DNA from: Candidatus Poribacteria bacterium
Lineage (GTDB): Bacteria > Poribacteria > WGA-4E > WGA-3G
Assembly: GCA_965205015.1 (NCBI GenBank)
Contig: OZ242029.1
Location: forward strand, 4,896,001 to 4,960,000
Reading direction: 5' to 3'
DNA: 64,000 nucleotides
The notes beneath the pieces were generated by a model. It saw only the letters and a list, made by a program, of their open reading frames with translations. It had not been told where the DNA came from and ran no database searches. Both the position numbers and the translations under genes were made by a program. This document shows positions 52,266 to 61,334 of the stretch, piece by piece; within the stretch, counting starts at the first letter, position 1, and each line of letters opens with the position of its first letter.

Positions 52266-52314
52266 GGGATGTAAACTTATTTTTGTAATTCATCATATTT
52301 TTGGAGGAATCAAA

Positions 52315-54309
52315 GTGAAACGTGTTCTTGTCTTTGTAGGTATCACCATCGCAATGCTATGTCAATTCAGCTGTTCGCCTGATGAACAGCAAATACAATC
52401 TGAAAACCCCATAACGAACGACGCAACAGGAGTTCTTAACGCCCCACGCTTTGTCGGCGACGTTGTTCTGGAAAATATGTACGAGGCGGAAGCTCGGACC
52501 CTGAGGAGTAAAACCCCCTTGGAAATCATTACCGTGCTTGAAGGCACCAGTAAAGTCATCCTTCAGGCGCGATTTCGATCCGTTCGGGACGGTCCCCTTG
52601 GAACCCCTGTCTATGAGTGCGAGCTGACAGATGAATCCGCAGAGGCGTTAGGGGGTGTTGCGGCAGGAATGTCGGGCAGTCCTGTCGGTCCCCCGGGACG
52701 TGTTATGGGTGCTCTCGCCTTCGCGTATTCGTATAGTAAGCCGCCGTATCGGTTCTTGGTCACCCCTATTGATTATATGGAAGCCGCAATAAACCACCCA
52801 ACGTTGGGTGAGTTTCTGGAAGAAGAAGCGGCGCCCGCGGCACCCGCACTGGCGATTAATTCCTTGTATAGTCCCGTTAAAACACCTATGATAATTACTG
52901 GGATTCAACCCCACAGGATTCAAGAACTTTCTCCACATTTCTCCGGCTCAAGATTCAATTTCGTTGAATTGCTTGGCGATATTGGGGGTGCCCCTGCAGC
53001 ACCGCCGGCGGGTGCCACAACACAACTCTCTGCGGGAGATATGATCGGTGCCGCCGTCGTCACAGGGGATATCATAAATCTCATTGGCTTTGGGACAGTG
53101 ACACAGGTTTACGACAATACATTTGTGGCGTTCGGTCATCCTTTGTTGGCTGATGGGAAGTCTGCCTTACCGATATACCGAGCCGTAACACACGGAATCG
53201 TGCCCCGTTTGGTACTATCAGCGAAATCTGTCTCGGCGTATGGAAACCCGATCGGGACGATAAGCAAAGACCTACACCCCGCGATTGTAGGGGAACTCGG
53301 TCGGGGACCGTCAATGATTCCGGTAAAGTTTTCTTATCGTCCTGCTAATAACACCGCAATAGAGAAACATCACGTTGTGGCGCATGGGCAAGAGTGGGCG
53401 ATTCCGGCTGTTGCGGCAGTAACGATGGATGCCATTCGGATGGAGCGGACTGCTGCAACAGTCGAAGGAACTGCGACGCTTCACTTTCAAGAAACCGAAA
53501 CCGTCTATACAGAAAAGTTCCGGGCTGCCTCTTCAAATCCGTTTTTAGATGTGTTCATAGGAACGGGTTCAATTATTAGTTCGTTTACGGATACGCTTAA
53601 AAACAGTGCCGGCAAAGCGACTTTGAAAGCAGTGTTGATTGACATCGTGGATAAACCTCAAATTGCCAAAGCCGAGATTGATGAAATTAGTGTACCCACT
53701 GAAGTGATGCCCGGGGAGAGCCTCACGGTTTCGATTGTACTACTCCCGCACTGGAGTACTGCCGGTGCAGAGCGGACGATTCAAAGAGACGTTATACTCG
53801 ACATCCCTGCCGACTTCCCCACAGGTGAAGCGACCCTCACGGTTTCCGCCGATGCATCGACTGCCAACACAGAATTTGAACGGCTCTTCAGGGACATTCT
53901 GGATGACATCTTGGATCGGGAAGAAGATGAGGAAAAACCGTTGCCCAGAAATCTGGACGAACTCATCCAGCAGAAAGAAGAGGATCAGGTGGATGCGGGG
54001 TTAATCACAATAACCCTTGAACCCTCGGGCTTTGGTGGATTACCCCTACCGGAAGGTTTCCCGTTGAACATCCCCGAAGATGGTGAGGCAGATGAAATTC
54101 CAGAGGGTTTCCCATTCCCAGACGGTTTCCCATTGCCAGAAGCCCTCCCAGTTCCAGATGATTCTGAGGAGGAAAACGTAGTGGAAACTGAACTCATCAT
54201 TGAAGACTTTATCGTGACCGGGTCTAAAGAAGCACAGATCACGATTAAAGTGGGAGATATAGGAGACGGTGTACTGCCAATAGAAGGTTTAGAAGGCGCA
54301 CAACAGTAA
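52315..54309 (+). CDS. SpoIVB-like (peptidase S55) lipoprotein
   Basis: Lipobox QFSC; GVAAGMSGSPV catalytic-Ser motif; AFGHP; GGAGG then GTG 52315. Confidence 0.75.
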   Translation: MKRVLVFVGITIAMLCQFSCSPDEQQIQSENPITNDATGVLNAPRFVGDVVLENMYEAEARTLRSKTPLEIITVLEGTSKVILQARFRSVRDGPLGTPVYECELTDESAEALGGVAAGMSGSPVGPPGRVMGALAFAYSYSKPPYRFLVTPIDYMEAAINHPTLGEFLEEEAAPAAPALAINSLYSPVKTPMIITGIQPHRIQELSPHFSGSRFNFVELLGDIGGAPAAPPAGATTQLSAGDMIGAAVVTGDIINLIGFGTVTQVYDNTFVAFGHPLLADGKSALPIYRAVTHGIVPRLVLSAKSVSAYGNPIGTISKDLHPAIVGELGRGPSMIPVKFSYRPANNTAIEKHHVVAHGQEWAIPAVAAVTMDAIRMERTAATVEGTATLHFQETETVYTEKFRAASSNPFLDVFIGTGSIISSFTDTLKNSAGKATLKAVLIDIVDKPQIAKAEIDEISVPTEVMPGESLTVSIVLLPHWSTAGAERTIQRDVILDIPADFPTGEATLTVSADASTANTEFERLFRDILDDILDREEDEEKPLPRNLDELIQQKEEDQVDAGLITITLEPSGFGGLPLPEGFPLNIPEDGEADEIPEGFPFPDGFPLPEALPVPDDSEEENVVETELIIEDFIVTGSKEAQITIKVGDIGDGVLPIEGLEGAQQ

Positions 54310-54396
54310 TTTCAGAATCCTATTGTATGGACAGGTATCCGTGCCTGTCCATACGGCATCAAACGTCTATCACCGATAACACGAAAAGGACAAACA

Positions 54397-55188
54397 ATGC
54401 AGCATTCTCTACGTTTCACAGTTTTTATACTTTTCGCGATTGCTGTTCAATTGTTGGGCTGCTCAGAAGACCCCGACACTGACACGACGCCTGTCGAAAA
54501 ACTTGTTGCCGAACCTATACCCCCTAAACCTACACCCGAAGACACGTTCACGAAACTAAAGATGTTGTTTCCAAAACCCATTTTTGATGGAGATTTCACA
54601 AGACTCGATGAGGTGACAACTTCTAAAACCTATTTGGACTTTGTTACCCAAGAATATAGAACAAAGAAACCATTTAAAACGTTGGCAGAGTACCTCGAGG
54701 TAGCCAAACCTGACCCGGAAAGATATAAACCCTTTTTGAAGGAATCTATCGGGAAATCCAAGGAAGAAGACATAGCCATTATTCATCAGCTAACTTTAGA
54801 TTACCGCTGTGCAAACGTAATACTGTATCAGATGATACACGGCGGTGAAGACAATATCAAAGATGGCCTCAATGCGATATTTGCTGTGCTGGAAAAAAAA
54901 TTATCAATCCTTGATGAAGCACCTGTAAAGGCTTGGATAGAAATACATCTACCAAATCCAGACCAAGCAAAAGAATTCTTCACTGCCCTTGAACATTTCG
55001 TAACTGAAACCGAAAGGAAGGACGCGCTTTTCATACAGGAACAGTTTGAGCAACACGGCAAAGATGATGGGCTTTTATGGCTCGCCGTGCACAACCCTGC
55101 GCTAACCGCAGAAATTCTCAATAATTTCACGAATACTAATGTGTTTCTGAGATGGACTGAAGGCATTTTTTTTCAACAAAATCCATAG
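54397..55188 (+). CDS. Hypothetical lipoprotein
   Basis: Lipobox LLGC; shares motifs with the 58145 protein. Confidence 0.65.
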   Translation: MQHSLRFTVFILFAIAVQLLGCSEDPDTDTTPVEKLVAEPIPPKPTPEDTFTKLKMLFPKPIFDGDFTRLDEVTTSKTYLDFVTQEYRTKKPFKTLAEYLEVAKPDPERYKPFLKESIGKSKEEDIAIIHQLTLDYRCANVILYQMIHGGEDNIKDGLNAIFAVLEKKLSILDEAPVKAWIEIHLPNPDQAKEFFTALEHFVTETERKDALFIQEQFEQHGKDDGLLWLAVHNPALTAEILNNFTNTNVFLRWTEGIFFQQNP

Positions 55189-55361
55189 GAAAAACATATT
55201 CCGTTTCACTATTGCAGCCGAGCCGTTGTTGGAATTAAAGATTCCTCACAGGTTTGGCTGTTCTTGTTTTGCTGATAAACTGGATTTCTGGGTCAACTGG
55301 AACATCTAATTGAGCGTTACAGTCTGCAATTCAAGTTCCAAGTAGAGGGAAAAAATTTTTC

Positions 55362-58061
55362 ATGAAATTTTGCTTATATTTTACGCTGTGTGTTACGCTC
55401 ATGATGCCGTTCTCTGTTTCCGCGGAAACGGACAATTCTGAAGAAAACTTGACGCCGAAAAGGAAAAGAAGCATCTGGCAGCGCGTCTTTCCCCGCACAG
55501 GTGATATAGAAGGCACTGTCTACCAACGCGATACCGATGCCCGATTGGTTGAAGCAGAGGTGTATATCGTTGAAACCGATCAGCAGCGAAAAACAGGTAA
55601 AGACGGAACGTTCCACTTTACCGAAATCCCCGTCGGAACATATACGCTGTCCATATCCCATCCAACTCACAATACCTCCACAGAAATTCCGATTAAGATT
55701 CGCGCAGGTGAGACGCTCCGCGGGAGATTTTACCTTGGCGCAGCGGTTCCATTTATCAACACTACCGATAGCGGAGATATAGACGGGTATGTTTACAGCC
55801 AAATAACAGGAAAACCGCTTGCTGAGGCAGAGGTCCGTTTCATCGAAATTGACGTCTCTGGCAGAACGGATGCCGCTGGAAACTTTCGGTTTATCGCTAT
55901 CGTTCCTGGGACTTATACTTTGTCGATTACACACGCGACACACAAGATACCGACGACTACCACAGTAGCGGTAACAGCAGGGGATACCACGCAGGTAAAG
56001 ATATACCTCGGCACAGGGATAAGACTTGAAACGGTTGTTGTAGAGGGGCAACGTCTCCCCCCAACGATAAGCCGCAAAGAGATCCGCGGCAGCGAACTGA
56101 TCCGGATTCCCGGCACCGGCCGTGATGCGCTCAAAGGACTCACGACGCTGCCGAGCATCGGTATCCCCAACGATCTTTTTGGTATTCTCTATATCCGCGG
56201 GAGTGCACCTGGGGAGACGCTTCTCTATTTCGACAGAACGCCACTCGGTTATCCGTTTCACTATGCCGGACTTTTCTCAACAATTAACTCCGATAGTATT
56301 GAGGACATCCGTATCTATGCCGGTGGGTACGGTGCTGAATTTGGGTTGGATTCACAATCGGTTATAGACATCCGTTCGCGCGAAGCGTTAGAAAAGAGAT
56401 GGGCGGGTGTGCTTAATCTGGACATTATATCGCCCTCTGGGTTTCTTGAAGCCAAAATTGGGGACAAAGGCTACGCGTCTGTCGCTGGACGATTCACCAT
56501 CTATAATCTCATACTGGGACTTTTCTTTGACTGGACATTTCCGACCTGGTCAGACTATCAACTTAAATTTGCTTATCAACTCACGGAAAAGCATCACCTC
56601 ACGCTCAACGGTTTAGGCGCGACAGATCATTTTGACTTCTCTAACTTTGGATCGGAAGAATCAGAAGAAATAGATGATGTTTCCGCCTATTTTAAAAACG
56701 GATTTGAAGCGGAAGGCATTCACCTCCGTTCTGATTTCACTGACAAACTCACGTCTCATCTCTCTCTGACGCGTTCCCACAACTTTCTCAATATCCACTT
56801 CGGCGACACCTCACGTCAAGAGGACAAGCCTGAAAGTGAAAGTTTCATCTACAGTGTGAAGGTTAACGTCCCGACCTATACCCTTCGCGAAGACGTGTCC
56901 TACACATTAACGCCAACGCTTCAATTAGAGCCTGGATTTCTCCTTGCCTTTAGTCCAGCCAAGAGTCTCACATGGACCTCGTCTGCAGGAAACATAGATT
57001 TTGAGGCTGACGAGGAACCTTCATGGACACAGAAATCTGACGAATTTAATTACACGTTTCGACGTGCTGAGGGCTACTTACAAGCGCGCTACGATCCGTT
57101 ATCGTTTTTGTCAGTCGCCCTTGGAACGCGATTCGATTACCTCAATCTGACGGAAGAGCTCTCAATCCAGCCGCGCGGGAGTCTTAGCCTCACACTGCCA
57201 TCAACTTCCACGCTTCGGTTCGCTTACGGCAGATATGAACAGAGTCCGTTAGCATATCAGGTGCTAAAGGCAGATGGAAACCGATCCCTAAAATCGAGCC
57301 TGACCGAACATTATATCATGGCGTTAGAACACCAACTATCCCCACAAACGGAACTCAAGTTCGCGCTTTATTACAAAGACATGGAAAAATTAGTTACGCG
57401 GTCTGTCAATATTGAAACACTCTTTGAGGATTCGGATGCCGCGGTTACAACAGGTTATTTCAATCAGGGTGTCGGGTTTGTGAGTGGGGCGGAGATATTC
57501 CTGCGGCATCGTGTCAGCGAAAAATTCTTTGGATGGGTATCTTATGCCTATACCCATGTCGAGCGACGTGAGACCCCGGACGCCGCTTACAAACCGTTTC
57601 TCTTCAATAATACACACATTGTCAGCATCGTTGCCAACTACAGTCCAACGACGAAAACAGAGATCGGCGCGAAGTGGCAATATTCCAGCGGCACCACCGC
57701 AGTTCCCTTAAGCAATCTCATCACGGTTCAAGACCCTGTGACGGCGGGAATGCATCCACTCATCTCTGATGTTGCCGGCGCGATTTTTCCGACAGAATTC
57801 CCGTCTTATCACCGCTTGGATCTCCGTTTTAGCGAGAAAAGAAAGTGGTGGGGACTCCCTTTGACAGCATATACCGAGATTTTGAATGTCTACAATAAAA
57901 AAAATAAAATAAGATTCCGTTTGGCTGATAGTCTTCTGGAGGAACTTGAAACCTTGGAACTTGAGGCGGACACGGATGAACTGGGTTTTGAAATCAGTGA
58001 GTATTTTGAAATCCCTCAACTTCGCTTTACCTTTTCTGCCGGACTCATCTATGAATTTTGA
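55362..58061 (+). CDS. TonB-dependent receptor with two carboxypeptidase-regulatory-like domains
   Basis: Two GDIxG.V...GTYTLSI repeats, plug (LPSI...IRGS, GGYGAEFG), YHRLDLR, C-terminal YEF. Confidence 0.85.
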   Translation: MKFCLYFTLCVTLMMPFSVSAETDNSEENLTPKRKRSIWQRVFPRTGDIEGTVYQRDTDARLVEAEVYIVETDQQRKTGKDGTFHFTEIPVGTYTLSISHPTHNTSTEIPIKIRAGETLRGRFYLGAAVPFINTTDSGDIDGYVYSQITGKPLAEAEVRFIEIDVSGRTDAAGNFRFIAIVPGTYTLSITHATHKIPTTTTVAVTAGDTTQVKIYLGTGIRLETVVVEGQRLPPTISRKEIRGSELIRIPGTGRDALKGLTTLPSIGIPNDLFGILYIRGSAPGETLLYFDRTPLGYPFHYAGLFSTINSDSIEDIRIYAGGYGAEFGLDSQSVIDIRSREALEKRWAGVLNLDIISPSGFLEAKIGDKGYASVAGRFTIYNLILGLFFDWTFPTWSDYQLKFAYQLTEKHHLTLNGLGATDHFDFSNFGSEESEEIDDVSAYFKNGFEAEGIHLRSDFTDKLTSHLSLTRSHNFLNIHFGDTSRQEDKPESESFIYSVKVNVPTYTLREDVSYTLTPTLQLEPGFLLAFSPAKSLTWTSSAGNIDFEADEEPSWTQKSDEFNYTFRRAEGYLQARYDPLSFLSVALGTRFDYLNLTEELSIQPRGSLSLTLPSTSTLRFAYGRYEQSPLAYQVLKADGNRSLKSSLTEHYIMALEHQLSPQTELKFALYYKDMEKLVTRSVNIETLFEDSDAAVTTGYFNQGVGFVSGAEIFLRHRVSEKFFGWVSYAYTHVERRETPDAAYKPFLFNNTHIVSIVANYSPTTKTEIGAKWQYSSGTTAVPLSNLITVQDPVTAGMHPLISDVAGAIFPTEFPSYHRLDLRFSEKRKWWGLPLTAYTEILNVYNKKNKIRFRLADSLLEELETLELEADTDELGFEISEYFEIPQLRFTFSAGLIYEF

Positions 58062-58144
58062 TATGCTTACTTAAAAGGTGGCAATCCATCCCCAAAGATG
58101 CTATGATGCCGTTATAATATTCAAGAATAAAGGGGAGACCCCAG

Positions 58145-58951
58145 ATGAAAAAACCGGTCGTTCTGATTCTTATCGGTATCGGCGTTGCACTTCTCGTTGT
58201 CGGGATCGTCTTTGTCGTTCCGTGGTTCGGTAAAATGATGGACGAAATGGAACAGTTAGCCGATAAGCACGTGCAACACAGGCAGGCTTTAAGAATGTCT
58301 GCACGCGAACCGTTGACGGATGAACAGGAAAACCTTTTGTCCCAACTTCTCAAAATCACACAGGCACCAGATGCGGGGCAAAAAAACGATTTTGACGGTA
58401 TCCTGTCAAGCGAACCCTATCTAACATATCTAAAGGCGCGGGAAGGGGAAGACTACGCAGATTTTCGAGCATACGTCGAGGCAATGCCGACAGAAAACAT
58501 GAAAACCATTGCGCTCTCCCGAATCAAAGCCACACTCGGAACGGATAAAAGCGATGAAGAATTAGACGTATGGACGGATTACTATTTCATCGTCCGAGCG
58601 TGGGGAATCACCGTTGAAGATCCGCGGGACAATCTGAAAGAACTCAATGAACTCCATCAAACATACCTCATAGAGCCGCTAATGAACAGCGGTTCAGACA
58701 TATCCGACCTGCATACCCAAATCGTCCAAATCGGTATGTCCTCTATATTCATGACAGAGGAAAATAACGTGTTCAAAGAGGCGTGGCGTGAACGCTTAGA
58801 AAGATATGGCGAACAAGAAGGACTCCTCCGATGCGCGATTGCGGCTCCAGGTGAATTCGCGCTCATGTGCTCGTTTTTTCCAGACTTCGCAACCTTCCAC
58901 GAATGGATACTCACACGTCCAGAACCTGAATCCGAAGAATCAGAACAATAG
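58145..58951 (+). CDS. Hypothetical membrane-anchored protein
   Basis: N-terminal TM; apparent paralog of the 54397 protein. Confidence 0.65.
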   Translation: MKKPVVLILIGIGVALLVVGIVFVVPWFGKMMDEMEQLADKHVQHRQALRMSAREPLTDEQENLLSQLLKITQAPDAGQKNDFDGILSSEPYLTYLKAREGEDYADFRAYVEAMPTENMKTIALSRIKATLGTDKSDEELDVWTDYYFIVRAWGITVEDPRDNLKELNELHQTYLIEPLMNSGSDISDLHTQIVQIGMSSIFMTEENNVFKEAWRERLERYGEQEGLLRCAIAAPGEFALMCSFFPDFATFHEWILTRPEPESEESEQ

Positions 58952-59046
58952 TATCCACCACAACACCGGCACCCGAGATGTGAGGGTTCTTTCCAATTTC
59001 AAACAATTTTGCCATCTTTTCGATAAAAATCCAGATTTTTTTCGCT

Positions 59047-59083
59047 TTATGCACCCTTTTCGGCGCGAACCTGTATCATTAAT
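59047..59083 (+). promoter_or_regulatory. Putative ECF-type promoter, copy 3
   Basis: TTATGCACC-N17-GTATCATTAAT. Confidence 0.55.
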
Positions 59084-59276
59084 TATAAAAGGGGCATATA
59101 TCACCTCACGGAAAAATGAACGGTAGCGTTTCTGAAATTTTTCCGCCCCGATATTTGATGTCAATGATAGCCGAATTGTCGGCAACGTTTAAAACGCGTC
59201 ATTAGGATATAGACGCAGATTATCAAAGGTTAAACTTTAAACACGAGGCGACATAACGTCTCTGGGGGAAAAAAAA

Positions 59277-60299
59277 ATGAAAAGCATTTTTCACGGTAGA
59301 AAAACTCTCGCAAGGCTTTCACTCTTCGCAACTTTAGGACTCGCCATTCTTTGGGGTGTCTCTCTCTATTTATCTGCACACGGTCATGAAATTGGAGCGT
59401 CGAATATGCAGTTACGTGAACACATTGAACTCGACTCCAACGCACCGTTCGCGAATAAAAAGTATACCGGTCCCCAAAACGCGCAGGAATTGATGAAAGC
59501 GTTAGATGCAGATTACGATAAGAGCCTGGCAAAGACCAGTGTGAGTGTATCCGGTAAGTTCACAGGGGCAAAAACTGTGACTTATAGTAGTGATCTCACA
59601 ATACGTGAGATAGATGCAAGGTATCCACGGGCGGAATGGCTTCAGCTCCTTTTGGAGAAGGGCATCACTATAGATGATTCCCTCGAGTATGCGTCCTTGT
59701 TGTCAAAGCGTTACACTCTGGCACTCTTGGAAGACAATCCAGATTTGCGGCAGTCAGGATTCCTCGGTATTCCAGCAACGGATGATTGGGAAACCTATAA
59801 AGTCGCTTACATCGATAAGTTGGTAAACGATCACACCAAGATCCAAGAAGCCGTAGAACAGGTTGAACGCAGTAAGAAGGTAATTGAGGGTGCGAAAACG
59901 CAGATTCAACAGATTCAAGCGCACACTAAACTCGCCATTGGATGTGGCACAGCACACCTTGAACGTGCCATGACTCAACTCGAGCGTAGCACAGCACACC
60001 TTGAACATGCGAAACCACAGATTGAACAGAGTCAAGCGCATGCTAAACTCGCCATCGAATGCAGTAAGGCGGTAGTTGAAGATGCCAAGACACAGATTCA
60101 ACATAGCAAAGCGCAAATTGAACGCGCTATGACTCAACTCGAACATAGCATAACTCAACTTGAACGTGCAAAAAAAGAGTTGAGTTCACAACAACTCGGA
60201 CACATCCAGAAGCAGATTGAGCATATACAACGGACTTTAGTCCCACCCAAAAAACCGGCACCTGCGCAGGAATCGATTCCTCCGCAGGGGTCAAACTAA
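59277..60299 (+). CDS. Hypothetical exported/anchored protein with heptad coiled-coil C-terminus
   Basis: N-terminal hydrophobic segment; repeats RAMTQLE/TAHLE/KxQIE. Confidence 0.65.
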   Translation: MKSIFHGRKTLARLSLFATLGLAILWGVSLYLSAHGHEIGASNMQLREHIELDSNAPFANKKYTGPQNAQELMKALDADYDKSLAKTSVSVSGKFTGAKTVTYSSDLTIREIDARYPRAEWLQLLLEKGITIDDSLEYASLLSKRYTLALLEDNPDLRQSGFLGIPATDDWETYKVAYIDKLVNDHTKIQEAVEQVERSKKVIEGAKTQIQQIQAHTKLAIGCGTAHLERAMTQLERSTAHLEHAKPQIEQSQAHAKLAIECSKAVVEDAKTQIQHSKAQIERAMTQLEHSITQLERAKKELSSQQLGHIQKQIEHIQRTLVPPKKPAPAQESIPPQGSN

Positions 60300-60465
60300 A
60301 ATTTCTGTTCTGTGGATATTGCGAGGCTTACGCACTGTCCGTTTCTCTGGATGCCGTCTAAGCAAACAACAGAGGCACGGTATTCGCGTAAGCTTTGCTT
60401 AAAAACGCCTTAGATTTCTGGTAGCATAGATGTGGCGTCGATCAATTTTCTATTATTTTTTAAGG

Positions 60466-60502
60466 TTATGCACCCTTTCCGTTTGAAAAAAGTATCTTTA
60501 AT
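60466..60502 (+). promoter_or_regulatory. Putative ECF-type promoter, copy 4
   Basis: TTATGCACC-N17-GTATCTTTAAT. Confidence 0.55.
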
Positions 60503-60579
60503 TATAAAATAGCTTGAGCAACGTAGAACGGTATTTCAAATCGGCGTGTTATCAATAACACGAAAAAAGGAACGACATC

Positions 60580-61302
60580 ATGAAAATTTTAAGCATTGGA
60601 TTGGGCGTATTTATCCTAACTTGTTCTGCTTGGGCAGGAACATTTGTGGAGACCTTCAATGACAACGGAAATCTCGAAAAGTGGCAGGAGCTGATCAGAT
60701 TCGGTTTAGATGCGCCCGGTCCTTGGCATATTGTTGATGGCGAACTTCAGTATATCCTGGACTTTGATGATGGCGGCTTGACTCGTTTACTTACGACTGG
60801 GGATGAAATGTGGCAAGATTACAGCATCGAATTTGATGTTAAACCCCTTAGAAAACACGGGGAGGGAAACATTGCGATTGCCGCGCGAATTAATCAGACA
60901 TGGGGAGTCGTATGCACGATTGGCGACCTACCCTTCCCCGAACCTGAATCAATGGCGACCTGTTATGGCGGCAATTTGCAAGGGCATGCTTTTCTAAACT
61001 TTGCACAGGAACGTCATCGCTCGTTGAAACCGTCGAGATGGCATCATCTGAAGTTGAGCGTTAAGGGAAATCTCTTGACTTTCTGGATTAATGAAAAGCA
61101 AGTTCTCGGACCGATAGTTTTGAAAGCTATAGGCAATTTTCCTGACTACCCTAATGGTAAAGTCGGTTTCGGGGTCTCGAATTATTCGGTACTCTTTGAT
61201 AATATTACCATTACTGGTGCCGATATTCCACATCAGCGTGGGTTATCCGTAACACCGAGCGCAAAACTTGCGACCACCTGGGGACACTTGAAGCAGCTTT
61301 AG
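60580..61302 (+). CDS. Secreted DUF1080/concanavalin-fold-like protein with KLATTWGHLK tail
   Basis: Signal peptide; WHIVDGEL, WQDYSIEFDV, WHHLKL, GKVGF, FDNITI. Confidence 0.65.
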   Translation: MKILSIGLGVFILTCSAWAGTFVETFNDNGNLEKWQELIRFGLDAPGPWHIVDGELQYILDFDDGGLTRLLTTGDEMWQDYSIEFDVKPLRKHGEGNIAIAARINQTWGVVCTIGDLPFPEPESMATCYGGNLQGHAFLNFAQERHRSLKPSRWHHLKLSVKGNLLTFWINEKQVLGPIVLKAIGNFPDYPNGKVGFGVSNYSVLFDNITITGADIPHQRGLSVTPSAKLATTWGHLKQL

Positions 61303-61334
61303 AGCAGTGGAAATACATTGAATGGAGGATTCTG

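Noticed and set aside
52014-52314. N-terminal extension of the S55 ORF and the 73-aa ORF
   Set aside because: Read-through of the repeat array; GTG 52315 has an SD and begins a lipoprotein signal.
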